Shown here: positions 1 through 14,307 of the stretch, piece after piece | Layout of the letters: each line of letters opens with the position of its first letter | Numbering within the stretch: the first letter of the stretch is position 1 | Notes under the pieces: generated by a model | What the model saw: only the letters and a program-made list of their open reading frames with translations | What the model was told of the DNA's origin: nothing | The model's database searches: none | Position numbers and translations under genes: made by a program | Assembly (NCBI RefSeq): GCF_006345805.1 | Contig: NC_043006.1 | Location: 73,098,001-73,162,000 of the forward strand | Length of the DNA stretch: 64,000 nt | Reading direction: 5' to 3' | Origin: Octopus sinensis | Lineage: Eukaryota

Positions 1-307
1 ATTTGATACACAGAAACTATATGGAAGCTCATCATGTATGTGTGAATGTATAAATATATTGCTAGTGCTGATGTCACATAAAAAAGCATCCAGTCCATAC
101 TGTAAAGTGGTTGGCATTTGGAAGGGCATCCAGTAGTAAAAACCTTACTAAAACTGACCTTGCTTGTGCCATATAAAAAGCACTCAGTCCACTCTGCTGG
201 GTGGTTGGTGTTAGGAAGGGAATCCATCTGTAAAAACCCTGTTAAAACATCCAACCCATGCCAACATGGAAGGTGGACGTTAAACGATGATGATAATGAT
301 GTATGTA

Positions 308-352
<45 letters not shown>

Positions 353-722
353 GCATGTATGTGTGTCTTCCCCACCACAGCTTGGCAACCAGTGTTGTTT
401 TGTTTATGTTCCTATAACTTAATGGGTTGGTGAAATAGTCATATTAAGTACCAGACTTCAAAAAAATAAGTACTTCAGTTGATTTGGTTGACAAAACCCA
501 TCGAAGTAGTGCTTCAGTACAGCCACAGTTCAATGACTTCAACCAAGGAAAAGAGAGACACGTGTTGTAATTGTATAGTTGTTGCTAAGCTAAGTCAACT
601 AATATTGAGCAGAACAATGATGAAAGACACTCTGGCTTTGACCATCCTGTCTGTTTTTCAAGTATATAAGACAACAGTATCTAATGTACATACGCACGCA
701 TGCATGCATGTATGTATGATAT

Positions 723-764
<42 letters not shown>

Positions 765-1261
765 ATGTATGTATGAATGATATAAGCATGTATATGTATG
801 TACGTCTGATGTCTGTATGGGCTACAGTATCTACTGTGACTTCCTTATTCAAGACATCTGAGATTGGGAAATATTTGGCTGCTATTTTTTGCAGATCACA
901 CAACCATGTAGAGGCTCCCTTGCTGGATTGTTGCAGTCATGCATATGTAGGTATGTATGTGTATCTGAAAAAGATGGAACAAGAAGCTGAAAGCAGCAAC
1001 TGGGGGAGGCCTCAGTTTTGAGATGAATAAACCCTACTACATATAGCGAGGCAGTTTTTTTTCATTTCTGTCTCCTGTGCATTACTTTAATCCTGCAGCA
1101 TTTAAACCAGCCATGTCCAGATCCAAAACATTCTACTTGCTTTATGTTCAAACTGGTCAGATCTGGTTTCTCACACCTGCCCTACAATGTTATGCTAAAA
1201 ACGAACAATCATGTCATTATAATATTGAAGGTTTGAGAAAATGAATGATTAATTCAAATAA

Positions 1262-1625
1262 GGCGCAGGAGTGGCATGTAGTAAGTGGCTTGCTTACCAA
1301 CCACATGGTTCCGGGTTCATTCCCAGTGCATGGCACCTTGGGCAAGTGTTTCCTACCAAAGCCTTGTGAGTGGATTTGGTAGACAGAAACTGAAAGAAGC
1401 CCGTTGTATATATGTATGCGTATGTGTGTTTATGTGTTTGTGTTTGTCCTCCCAACATCGCTTGACAATTGATGCTGGTGTGTTTATGTCCCCGTAACAT
1501 AGCGGTTTGGCAAAAGACACCGATAGAATAAGTACTAGGCTTACAAAGAATAAGTCCTGGCTCGATTTGCTCGACTAAAGGCAGTGCTCCAGCATGGCCA
1601 CAGTCAAATGACAAACAAAAGAGAA
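1262..1625 (+). mobile_element. tRNA-derived SINE, family A (~360 bp, internal TA/TG tract); other copies at ~12655-13030(+), 22820-23200(+), 27308-27702(-), 30790-31165(-), 37203-37660(+), 37785-38225(-), 39866-40250(+), 43450-44110(+), 52455-52765(-)
   Basis: A-box-like TGGC..GTGGT and B-box GGGTTCA(G/T)TCCC; shared body and AGTAAAAGAG tail across the copies. Confidence 0.85.
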
Positions 1626-1682
1626 ATGTCAATGAATAAGCATTGCATTTGACAGAACAGTCTGAATGCTAAAGGCTCTCTT

Positions 1683-1724
<42 letters not shown>

Positions 1725-4700
1725 ATACTACTTGCATTTATGTCAGCCTGAATCTAAACAGGTTTCAGTTTTAAAGAAATTGCTTTAGTCATTTAAACTG
1801 CAATGATTATGGCCATGCTTAGTAACCACCATGCACTGTAGTGTATGCACGAGTACTTGTGTAAATGCATGCATAGGTGCATATGTATGCACACATGAAA
1901 ATGCCTGAAGCATTAACCTGTTCGTGACCATATTTTAAACAAGATACAAATACATTGTTAATATGTTCTTACTAATTTTTTAAATAAATTAAGAATTTGG
2001 AGAGATTTAATAAAATAAATCTTTTTTTCTTATTAATCTGATATTTGGAATATAAGATTCCAATTTAGATATGAAGACTTTAGTAAAATGACTTAGTCAT
2101 TGTTAAGCTGGTGCTTGAAATCTGAATTAAATTTAGATCACTTTAAACCCAAAATCTTGTATCATAGGATCAGGGGTGATCTCAGACGGATTGGTATCAA
2201 AAGTGTTAAAATGGGAAGTCTCATATTGAGACTCATATTGAGCCAGAGGTAGTTAATCCCCCCCCCACACACACACACGCTACCACCTGCACACACAGAG
2301 TTACCACCAATATGCATACACGCTACCATGCATACACACATGCAGTTACTACCACACATACAAACACACACACACACACTACTATACCTACACTTGTCAC
2401 TACCTCCATGAGGCCCAAAGTTTGAAGGGTGTCTTTTACATTCCACCAGCACATGTGCCAGTCATGTGACACTGGCATTGGCCACAACTACGATTTCCCT
2501 TGAGAGAAAGAGGGAGAGAGAGAGTATACATCTTTGTTTAGGAAAAGGGACAGCATATCCCTGCATATTATAAGGGGCAACTAAAAGGGTTGGCATTGGA
2601 AAGGGCATCTAGCCATAAACAGTTTCAAAAAAGCCCCATTTAACTCATACATGTATGGAAAAGCAGACAAAATAAATGGTGGCGCCTTTAATGAAACAAG
2701 TTTGAAGAAAAAGATTTTGCCCATTTACACACACACATATTGGTATACAGAATCAATTGAAGTGAGGCAGATGTGGTAGAGGAAATCTGTTATTGGAGGT
2801 GGATAATCTGATTCGGAGCTAGATCCAAGAGAGCAAGCTAATTTTAGAGTCATGCTGGTTGGTGTGATTGCATTTTCCGTCCGGATACGGAAGAGACTTA
2901 GAAGTATCTGTCTGTGTCCAGAATATGTCCAATCAGATTTACTCCTTTCGAGTGCAAAATCCATGGAGCTTGTTGTGCTGGAGGAGCTTTGTGACAGACA
3001 AACAGTTCGTGATGATGTAACCAGATACAAATCAAGGATTTAATGAAGCTGCTAACTTCAACACGAGTAGGAAGCAGTGCCAGAAGCTGATTGGTCAATG
3101 ATGGGAGTACAATATGGCATAGATTATTGACTAACACTTACGGAAGCGAAAGAGTGCTGAAGATGATGATGATGAACACTTGAAATTTGGAAAGACGCAT
3201 TAATAGCTAAATATTTATAAGTGGTTTTGATAAGATGTCTGAAGCATCATATTGTGCTGCAATAACAAACATGAAATGCATCCTTTACATGTCTGGTTGG
3301 TGCTGACTGAATTTAAGTATTTTGGTCTTGCTGTTTAAGTGGAGAGCTTCAGATAGTTAAGCCAATTTCGTGTCAGACTACTGGCTGAAAGGTGAATGGT
3401 TGTATTTCATCAATAGCACAATGCAATATCTAAGTCCAGGACATTTTGCTCAGATTGGTACAATCTACTGATGTAAACAAGAGTACTCTGTAATGGGAAA
3501 TATCTTGTCAGCAACAGCAGTTCAGAGATGAAGTCCTCCAAAATGTTTGGAGTTAATAACAAGAATCTGCTCATGCGTATTCTGTGAAAATCCTGTCGAT
3601 GCTTCACCTATGGGATGGTCACCACAGGTGCCACCTACAACTTAACAGTGATCACAGATCATAGGTATAGGTGTTGTTGTGTAGCCCTTAATGAGCAGTC
3701 TTATGTCATGTATGTTACTGGCACAGTAACTAGGTGCAACCTATAGATCTGCTTACCCACGTATACAATATCTCCACTTAGATTACAGACCATACTGTAC
3801 ACACTGACAATTAATAATGGTTTCAAATTCTGACACAGGACCAGCAGTTTTTGAGGGGAGTGGGAAGTCAATAACACTGACACCCATTACTTGGATGGTA
3901 CTTGTTTTATTGATGCCAAAAGGACAAAAGGCAAAGTTGACTTTGGCAGAATTTAAGCTCAGAACGTAAAGGTGAATGAAATATCTCTTAGCATTTTGTC
4001 CAGCATGTTAACAGTTCTGCTAGCTTGCCACCTTACTGGCATTTAATGTACAGTGTGGTATATTCATCCACTTTTTAATACAGTAGGATAGAGTTTCGAA
4101 ATTTGGAAGCAATCGTAGCAGGCAGAGTAACAACTTGGAGAATCTTTCATTGGTTCATGACCTTAGGTGTGAAGGAGCATTATGTAGAATGTGTGTGATG
4201 CTTTATCATGTGATGGCAGTCATTGCTTCGGGGTGAGTGGGTTGCAATTTGCTGTGGTTTGCAACAGAACCATTGGGAGTCCAGGCAAAAATAACAGAGA
4301 CCAAAACAGATCTAACAAATGTACAGTGACAGAGATGATGACAGACCTAACTAATGTACACTGACAGAGACCATGTCAGACCTAACTAATGTATAGTGAC
4401 AGGGAACAGGTTAGCTTTGATTTAAACAAATGCATGATTGAGAGCATTTCATCTTTAACCATTCTTTCCTCATGTATACTGTGAACAACTAGGGTTCCAT
4501 GAGTAAGCTAATCCTAATTTCATGATCGTAATATTGCTATACATGCACAACATATCACTGGTTATTGTAATATAGACATCATCCTATCTAACCTATTATG
4601 TTATCAAAAAAATTTAACAACCATTGGGGATATATTTAGTGATGTCTGTAATTTATGGATACTCTCTCTCTCTTTGAAAAAAAAAATATGAGAAAGAAAT

Positions 4701-6218
4701 GGTATGTAATCTTTCTTGTGCAGGGGTTCCAAGAGACATGCAATTCATTTTAAGGGTTACACAAAGGGGAAAAGGTTGAGAAACACTGCCTACGGTATCA
4801 TAAAAAAAGAAATTAAAATAATAGATATTCAACTGACAGACTTCAGCTGTTCCATGTGAAGAGTGAGATGGATTTCTCCTTTTTGTTGGGATTTTCCTAA
4901 TTTTGTCTTTGCTTTTTTCATATTTCAAAGCAAAGTAGAGGAAGCTTTTTAAAAAAAATTTACCTGATGGGTAGGGTTACTAGAAACACAGCTGAACTAT
5001 AACAATATCTGTCAAAAGGATAGATGAACCCAAAAGAGGATCATCAACTATCAGGGACTTACATATTCTGGGTTAGTGTCTGGTGTACTGTTAGACCACT
5101 GGGAGCGGTAAACCACTTAGCATTATTTAAAGTATGTGACTAGAAGACAATTAAGCTATTGATATAAGTGGGTAGGTTGTTTGGGCTCTGCACCCTTGGA
5201 AAGCAGCCAAATAAGGACAATTCCAAGCATAAATCCTGTGAGTGCCTGCAAAGAATTAAAAGCCAAGGGAGTCAATTCTGACACAAATTGGAAGAGAACT
5301 TAGGGCCCATCAACCCCATTCATGCTGAAGGGTGCATGAAGATGCAATGAATGGGTTGCCTCTGAGGATAGGAAAAACTGATTCATTCTTTATCATCATT
5401 GTTTTAATATTTACTTTTCTATGCTTGCATGGGTCAGATCGAATTTGTTCAGGTATATTTTTTTGTTGTTTTTTTTTTATGTCTGGAAGCCTTTCCTGTC
5501 ACCAACCCTAACTGGTTTCCAAGTTAAGGCAATATTTTCCCTTGGTTGGACATATTTTCATAGAAGACTGGCAACAAATGTCACTGCTTGTATGACATTG
5601 ACACTCACTGATAACTGTCACACAATATCAAGGCAAGGACACACACACACACAATTTGTTCATTCAAATATAAACTGATATATAACTGTCTCAGAAATAT
5701 AAGTTATTAATGTTTTTCTCTTACCTGCAAAGTAAAAGAATAAATAAATAAATAAACCTATCTTCAGCTTGTCAAGTTTTCATAAACAGTCTTAGATATT
5801 CACTAAATATTTCTATAAGATTTAATCATTATAAAAGAAAAAAAATGAAACCTTTCAAGATAATTTGTTCATTTCATATTCAATAACTTGACATAATTTT
5901 TGTGGTCTATTAAATATTTATAATACTCAAGTCAAGCAAATTATATTTCCTGTGAAGCAGGTGAAATATAAAATAACACACACACATGCATGGCCCTACT
6001 GCCTACACACAAACGTGGCAGTGACTCCCATATCATACTTAATTGGTAAAGGAAAAGCTTTCAGTTTTGAAAATCATTCATCTACAAGTGATTCATGATG
6101 CTACATCAACAAGGAAACCTCCATGTACTACAAATAGTAGCCAAATCCTCCTCCTCCTTCTTTATATATTTATACAAGCGGCCGCAGAAAATAACATGGT
6201 AGTCCTAGGAACATTGTG

Positions 6219-8215
6219 TCAGAACAGATGAGGTGAGATGGTCATGGGTGAAATGACTTTTGACCGCAGGTCTGCTTGATCAATGATGATCTGAAATCAA
6301 ATAACTTGATTCCTGATGACCCACTGAGAGAACCTCAACATTGTCATGTAATTTGCTAGAAATAGCTACCAAATTTCCCTCAAAGCATACCCTACTCTCT
6401 GGCAAAAGGAAAGATAGGTTGGGTGTGTAGTCCACTGTAGGATTAGTGCTCCACTGGAGAAGAAAAAAATAAATGAATAGGAAACTCCACTTGTTTGGTT
6501 TCAAGTCAGTTCTGACTAGGCAGATCTATGATGAAAGGCATTCTACCTGTGATCATTTCACCTATGTTACAGGTATAGTGTATCTAGGATCATATTATTA
6601 TCCAATATATCATTCCCTCTTTTATACTGTAAGATATCATATGAGGGCAATTCGGATACTACTTCTAGCAGATTGAGCAGCCACATAGTGGCACACTATA
6701 CAAACACGCACACATTTTTGGAGGTTTTAACACATTATTAGATGAGCTAGAGAGATTTTTAATAAGCACAACCATTAAGAAGATAGCTAATTATCTATAG
6801 ACTTCCATTAATGCAATATTAACAAAGAAGGGCTAATAATACTAATTAGTTTAGCAGCACTTTCTGTTAACAAAGAAAGCAATCGTAGGGTTATCTGCAC
6901 ATGAAACATAATGAGCAGGAGAAAACTTGTATTGGACATCGTCAATTAAGAATAAATATTTAAAAGAAAGTATTGATCACTGAAGGTAGCAAACTAGCAG
7001 AATTGTTAGCGTTACTAAGCAAAATGCTTTGTGGTATTTTGTCTGACCATACATTTTGAGTTCAAATTCCAGCAGGGCTGACTTTGCCTTTCCTCCTTTT
7101 TGGGGTCAATAAAATAAGTAGCAGTTGAGCACTGAGGTTGATGTAATTGACTTAAATACTACTGAGTAAGAGTATAAAAATCAGGGCTGTGGAGTTGAAA
7201 TAAAAAGCTTCGACTCCGACTCCTCTACTATTGGCATCTCTGACTCGTAATTAAGTGATTGTGGTCAACATATCACATAAAGCATATGCATACACTTGTA
7301 CTTTGAGTAGGCCTATGTGTTATAACTGGTTTATATTAAAGATATTGTGAGTTGGAGTCAGTATAGTTTTGCTGACTCCGACTCCTGCTATCCTTTAATT
7401 GTTTCTGACTCCGACACCACAGCCATAATAAAAACTGCACCCCTCTGTCAAACCATGTTGAGCTAGTGTAGCAGAGTAGGCTCATCAAACCTGTACGATC
7501 TCAAACTCAAATTCATGGTCTCCACATCGGACCATGGTTGGTGGAGAGAACATGTGGAGGCCTTCATCCTGCAGTGGACCGAACACAGGCAATCCAATCC
7601 AATTCAATCCACTGATCGCTGAGAACTCTTTTATGACAACCACTCTAGATAGAACCAAAATTAATCTCATATTCAGGCAGTCTGGGAAATGTATTTTTGG
7701 CAAATATATTTGTCTTTGAAAAGGTCTCTTTGATTCTTTTATTCTTCCTACAGGTTTTAGTCAATGGACTACAACCATGTTAGGTATTAGTCAAGTACAT
7801 AGAATAAACCCATAAAAAAAATCCAGAGAGAAGGATCCTAAGGCATATTTCTGTTGAGATGCTCTGTGTTTCTTTAAATTAATTTTAAATATAACAAAGA
7901 ATTTAGAAAAAATAACTTAGTTATCATTAAGCTAATGTTAGGAACATAAATTGTGACTAAGGTTTGGTGGAAGATTTTAATTCAGAACTTTTCAAAACAA
8001 GACATTTGTATTACAGAACCAGAGGCAGTTTAAAGCGGGTGGGTATTAAAAGGGTTAACCAATATCAGGCATCTTTGCAGTTCCATGGATGCTGTGAATG
8101 TATTGGCTTGTTTTTTGTTTATAGCATATCCATGAATGAAAGAAGTGGTGTGTTTGGGGTTACATACTTGGTTCTGGAAACAGCCCAGGCACAGCAGAAG
8201 TAGTTAAGTTACTGT
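6219..8215 (-). CDS. Tentative 3' exons of an unidentified host gene: 8215-8168, 7618(or 7568)-7491, 6453-6391, 6290-6219
   Basis: Canonical GT-AG junctions (CAA|gtatgt, CAG|gtttga, ttcttctccag|TGG, AGG|gtatgc, atttcag|ATC). Joined frame is SNLTTSAVPGLFPEPTISGLNWIGLPVFGPLQDEGLHMFSPPTMVRCGDHEFEFEIVQWSTNPTVDYTPNLSFLLPESRIIIDQADLRSKVISPMTISPHLF*; no family recognised. Confidence 0.35.
7182..7427. mobile_element. MITE with CAGGGCTGTGGAGT termini and GACTCC subterminal repeats
   Basis: Left end CAGGGCTGTGGAGT, right end ACCACAGCCAT; several (C)GACTCC motifs. Confidence 0.6.
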
Positions 8216-8949
8216 CTGTGCAATAGCATCAATCAACAATAGAAAAGGCCAACCATTGAGTTCAGTAGTACTTAGTCTAATGTTCATTATATTGATCTCT
8301 CTTTAATGATGTGTAAAGTTACAGGCATGCAACACTGGTTGACAAGCAGTAGGAACGGACACACCCACAATGGGCTTCCACACAGTTTCTGTCAACCAAA
8401 TTCATTCAAAAGACACTAATATAGCCCTTGGCTATAGTAGGAGACACTTGTCCAAGATGCTGTGAAGTGGGACTGAATCCAAAACCAAGAAGTTGCAAAG
8501 CATGCTTCTTAACCAAACAGCCATGCCTGCACCTATAATATCATTATATATATATATATATGTATGGCTGTGTGATTAGGGAGCTTGCTTCCTAGCTACA
8601 TGGATTTGGGTTCAGTCCCACTGCGTGGCACTTTGGGTAGGTGTCTTCCGCTATAGCCCCGAGCCGACCGAAGCTTTGTGATGGAATTTGGCAGGCGGAA
8701 GTTATTGCCGTGTGTGTATATGTACATGTAGGTGCTTGTGCCTCTCCGAAAGAGAGAGAGAGGGATATATAATCTTCAGCAACATGCAATTTGTGGAAAT
8801 GTGCATAGCAATGCATTAAAATGTTTATAAATTCCATTCAAGGATTATTGTTATTACTACTATACATATGTATATATATATGTATGTATATATATATGGT
8901 GGTTGTCTAATCCTTATGCAGAGTTTGTTCACCTCCTGTACCTACAGCT

Positions 8950-9135
8950 TAGAACCATCATGGCATCTGATGTGGCTTTTTCAACCAGACAATGTTTTCA
9001 AAAGACACCCACATACATTGCATATCCGATTTGGACCACCAAGAGTTGCATTTAAGTTCTGATCTTCGTGGATTTTAAAAAGTCTTTCGAGGCCTCCATT
9101 AGATTTGCAGACCTTTTGGCACAGATACACACATG
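8950..9135 (-). pseudogene. Decayed pair of C2H2 zinc fingers (retroelement tail or ZNF pseudogene fragment)
   Basis: [43 protein letters not shown] in one frame with an internal TGA; abuts the 9130-9965 microsatellite. Confidence 0.55.
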
Positions 9136-9139
9136 TATG

Positions 9140-9170
<31 letters not shown>

Positions 9171-9965
9171 ATATATATATTATATATATAATATACACAT
9201 ACACACATATATATATATACACATATATACATATACACACGCACATATACATATATACATGCATATACATACATACATATATATATATACATGCATATAC
9301 ATACATACATATATATATATACATGCATATACATACATACATATATATATATATACATGCATATACATACATACATATATATATATATACATGCATATAC
9401 ATACATATATATATATACATGCATATACATACATACATACATGTATATACATACATACACATACATATATATATATACATGCATATACATACATACATAC
9501 ATGTATATACATACATACATACATGTATATACATACATATACCTACATACATGCATATACATAGATACATACATGCATATACCTACATACATATACATGC
9601 ATATACATACATACATACATATATATACATGCATATACATACATACATACATATATATACATGCATATACATACATACATACATATATATACATGCATAT
9701 ACATACATACATACATATACATACATATACATACATACATACACATGCATATACATACATACATACACATGCATATACATACATACATACACATGCATAT
9801 ACATACATACATACACATGCATATACATACATACATACACATGCATATACATACATACATACATATACATGCATATACATATATATACATACATACATAC
9901 ATATATATATATACATATATATATACACATATATACACACATATATATACACACATACATACATA
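9130..9965. repeat. Compound (TA)/(TACA) microsatellite with higher-order TACATGCATATACATACATACA units
   Basis: Directly visible; source of the many Y/I/H/M/C ORFs. Confidence 0.97.
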
Positions 9966-10739
9966 GTGTTCCAGAGGTGGCTTGGTGTCTTAAGGAATAC
10001 ATAATCTAATGTATCATTTAAAAAAATTTTCATTTTGCTATCCCCTTTCGTTGCTAACCCAGCTGAAACCAGCTCTGGCTTTGTAGTATAAATATTTTGT
10101 TTTTATAAGTTTTGAATTAAAATCTTCCACCAAACCTTTGTCACAATTTAGGTTCCTAACACTAGTTCAGTGATAACTAAGTTAGTTTACTAAATTATTT
10201 GTTATATTTAAAATAATTGAAAGAAACACAGAGCATCTCAAAAAAAAATACGGTAACGAGAGGGTGAAGAAATTATGTATGGTCCAATTATGAAGGAAGT
10301 TTGGGCTGGTATTTCTGTGAGCTCAGTGAATCAGGTAGAGTTGAGCACTGCCATGAAGAGACAAGTGATGCTTTAGGTCAAACACACACAACACAAGTAC
10401 CACATGGATGTCTACTACAGCATGGTACCAGGCAAGTACAGTGTCACACAGATGTCCAGCCGATCCTTCCTTCCAGTCAGCAACAACTGGAGTTCTCTTC
10501 TTACAAGCCCACATGATAAAACCATTAAGTCATAACAATGAGATAATAATGAGGACGATGATGATGATGATAACAATAAAAGAGAATGTTAATGGGAATT
10601 AAATATAGGAACAAAAATAAAATAAATCCAATTTCGTATTAGTACACGAATTACAATACATCTATTTTATAGACTTGAAAATAAAATACGAAAAAAAAAA
10701 GCCCAACACAGAAATGACACCAAACAATATTATTATTAT

Positions 10740-10784
<45 letters not shown>

Positions 10785-11728
10785 TCATTAATCCCACAGA
10801 ATAATAGAAGCTGTTTTAGTGATGCTAAAGGTCAGGAAATGCCAAAGAGGCAATATATGTAGCTAAACACAAGAGACTGTTCTGTTATAATATATACAAT
10901 GAAGAAATGGATTAAAAAAAAAAACAAGAAAACAAAACAAAATAAAAGGCCCCATCAAAATGTAGAGTTCAGAAATTAGGAATTCACCAACAAACAAGGT
11001 GGTGGTGGTGGTGGTGGAGGTAATGTTAGAAATCTCCTATTATGAATTCCTTATAATAATAGAATAATAGGAGGTGGGTTGTGTATGTGAGTGTGTGTTG
11101 AGAGAGATGTGGGGGAGAACAGCTTTAACAATAATTTCTTAAAACTGGCACAAGGGCAGATATTTTAGTGAGTGTATTACTCTGTGTATGTGTAAAGGTG
11201 GGAGTAGGTGGATATAGTCTGACTAATTCAGAACACAAAATCAATGGTGGTGGTGATGGTAACTTCTTCAGCTGCCCCCCCCCCTCACTTTCAAGAACTA
11301 GTTGAGAGAGTGACAATTTATATCTTGTCATCAGCATTACTAAGGTGTTGCTACAATTAAGCCCCAGCTAAGTTCTAATCCAACAGACCTATAATCAAAA
11401 ATGTTCCAGCTTTGACTATCCTATCATACATTTTTCTTTCCCAGAACTATTGTATCTAGAAATACATTGTAGAACCTGCACTTGCTCTTTTCAAGATAAC
11501 ATGGGATGATTTGAGAGAGAATTTTAGCTGCCATTTCTAGCAAGCTGGGAGAGCATATTGAGATTATTTTGTTGGCTCAAGCACTGCACTATTGTTGTTT
11601 AATCCCAGGTCAAACCTGATTCAACAGATCAATGATTAAAGGCATTCCATCTCAGAACAACTAGTTTTTACTTCAGACAAGTGTATCTAGGACTACATTA
11701 TCCTAAGAACCAATCTGTCTTTCTTTAA

Positions 11729-11947
11729 CCCTTTAGCATTCAGATTATTCTATCAAACATAATGCTTATTGATTCCCATTGATTTGAATTAATCATGCCT
11801 TATCTCATATCTTCAAAATCTTTATGGTGTAATTACTTAATGTAGAATAACATTGTAGGGTAGGTGTGAGAGTCTGGATCTGGTCAGTTTGAATATAAAA
11901 CAGATTAGCTATTTTGGCCAGATATGGCCGGTTTAAATACTAAAGGG
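11729..11947. mobile_element. TTAA-flanked MITE (second family)
   Basis: TTAA|CCCTTTAGCATT..AATACTAAAGGG|TTAA; shorter relative at ~12365-12460. Confidence 0.75.
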
Positions 11948-12546
11948 TTAAGACAGTTGGGTATGACTGGAGAGACAGAGAACTGCCTTGTCTGACAAGT
12001 CAGACAACTCTCAAATGACACACTTAACATAAGGAGGGAACAAGTCAGTGTGGTAAGCAGTGGCAACACTGAAATTGCCAAGTGTTCCATTAATTTACAA
12101 TTAGAAGTTCAATTCCTTTTGTGGGTACATCTCAGCGGTACACAACACAAGGACTAAGAGTTCAATGGTTTCCTAACTATTCCCACTAAATTACAGGGTT
12201 CCACAACCATCACCATTACAGTTCGTTTGATAAATTTCAGTTTATGCCTCAATCAACCACAGAAAAATAAGACACAGAATTAACTCTTGTGGAATCTGAA
12301 CTCGGAATGTAGAGGATCGAAATTCCAGCAGCAGCTAGATATCAAGAATAGAAAACATCTTTAAGCCTTTAGCATTTTACAATGACATTGTAGGGTAAGT
12401 TGGAACATAAAATGGGCAAAATATTTGGGCCAGATATGACCAGTTTAAATGCTGAAGGGTTAAAAACATACTAACAGATGTCATAAGATATGCTTTGGTG
12501 AGTATATTGTTTTGAGGGGTTGAGGAGATCAACTGATACTGCATCT

Positions 12547-13233
12547 CAGTGGTTCTCAACCAGGGTCCATAAAGATTTCTGGGGATCCATGCAACCAAAT
12601 AGTAAATTGGGGATTCACAATAGTATTCTAAGGGGCCTGAAAAAATTTTGCTTTAGGAGTCGCTGTGTGGTAAGTAGCTTGCTTACCACTCACATGGTTC
12701 CAGGTTCAGTCCCACTGTGTGGCACCTTGGGCAAGTGTCTTCTACTATAGCCTTGGGCCAACCAAAGCCTTTGTGAGTGGATTTGGTAGACGGAAACTGA
12801 AAGAAGCCTGTCGTATATATGTATATATGTGTGTGTGCGTGTTTGTCACCCCAACATTGCTTGACAACCAATGCCGGTATGTTTACGTCACCGTAACTTA
12901 GCGGCTTGGCAAAAGAGACCAATAGAATAAGTACTAGGCTTACAAAGAATAAGTCCTGGGGTCAATTTGCTCGACTAAAGGCGGTACTCCAGCATGGCCA
13001 CAGTCAAATGACTAAAACAAGTAAAAGAGTAAAGATGTATTTATTGCAAGAAAGAGCCAAGTTTCTCAACATTTTACATAGTTCAACCTACACAAAGTGT
13101 GAAAAACAAAATAGGAATTTTGGAAGAAGTATTTGTAAAACTAATTTTTAATCACCAAATGGCTATGGGGGTCCACTAGAATAAAATAGCAATCAAAGGG
13201 AGTCCATAGATGAAAAATAGTTGAGAAGCCCTG
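12547..13233. mobile_element. hAT-type MITE interrupted by a SINE
   Basis: Termini CAGTGGTTCTCAAC and GTTGAGAAGCCCTG; degenerate 8-bp TSD CTGCATCT / CTGTACCT; SINE inserted at ~12655-13030. Confidence 0.7.
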
Positions 13234-13939
13234 CTGTACCTGATGCTCAAAAAATGCTGTTCATAAGTTCTACAAGTCCAAACCTTGCTACTGTCTCTTT
13301 GATATACTTTTGAGCAAAGCAGCAAACCCTGTTTGAATTATTCCTACTATACAATCAAGTGTTTAGAAGTAGGAAGGACATTCAGTTGCTTTTACAAGGC
13401 AAAAAAAAAAAAAAAGTTTAAAAAGAAAAGCAATTCCATGGAATATTTTTAAAATATGTGTGGGGGTACAGTGGAGTATTTTTTCCCTGAAAATATGCAT
13501 TAATTTTAATTAAATTAACAGTTAATCCTTTTAAGAGAGAGATGGGAGTGAGGGAGAGAGAGAGATGGAATGTGTGTGTGTGTGGTGTGTGTGTGTGTGT
13601 GTGTGGAAAGTACTTAATTTTTGTTTCTACAACAGACATTATCATCTTTCCTATTTATTGAACTTGGGGACAACTTGAAACAGCAAAAATGATCCTTTCT
13701 ACAAGATGCACAAGACCTAAATTTTGGTGCAAGGGGACTAATTGATTACGCTGAGCCCCCCGCAGTACTTGACTGGTACTTTATTTTAATGACCTCATGA
13801 GGATGAAAGGCAAAATTGATCGCACCAGGATTTAGACTTTGAATGTTAAGAGTCAAAAGAAATGTTTAGAAACATTTAGTCAAAGTAACAATTCTGCCAG
13901 CATGTTGCCTTAATCATCATCATCATCATCAATAACAAC

Positions 13940-14307
13940 AACAAGAGGACTCAAAGGGCGCAAACCTCCGCCAAGGCAACACCAACATCCTCTCAACGAT
14001 TAGCCAAAGATGATTTTTAAAATGAGAATATCTGAAATAAACTCGTTTGCTCTCACAAACGAGAATACTAAAAATGAACCAGACTGCTCTCAAAAATTAA
14101 GTAAAAAGACAGGAAAAAATAATGCAGAATCCTTGTCTGGTATTGGATTGATCCCAAAATCTAATCAGTTTGTGCCAGTCACGAGGTCAAACATCTCTGA
14201 AAGTTTCAACCCAATCCATTCAGTGGTTCTTGAGACATCTTGTTCACAGACAAACAAACAAATGCGACTGAAAACAATACCTTCACCTTCACTAGGGCAG
14301 AAGTAAT
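13940..14307 (-). mobile_element. Non-autonomous Helentron-type element
   Basis: Same terminal motifs as the 16829-18173 element, in reverse orientation; homologous to 29507-29863. Confidence 0.65.

Noticed and set aside
2725-3640. Coding-looking island with several 60-100 aa ORFs
   Set aside because: No consistent frame, splice pattern or recognisable domain; possibly a decayed retroelement or UTR.
8981-10033. Long ORFs of 113-350 aa in several frames
   Set aside because: They translate the TA/TACA microsatellite (Y/I/H/M/C/V runs); the same applies to ORFs at 27923-28445 and 43445-44164.
10290-10516. GC-richer stretch with short ORFs on both strands
   Set aside because: No good splice sites and no recognisable motif.
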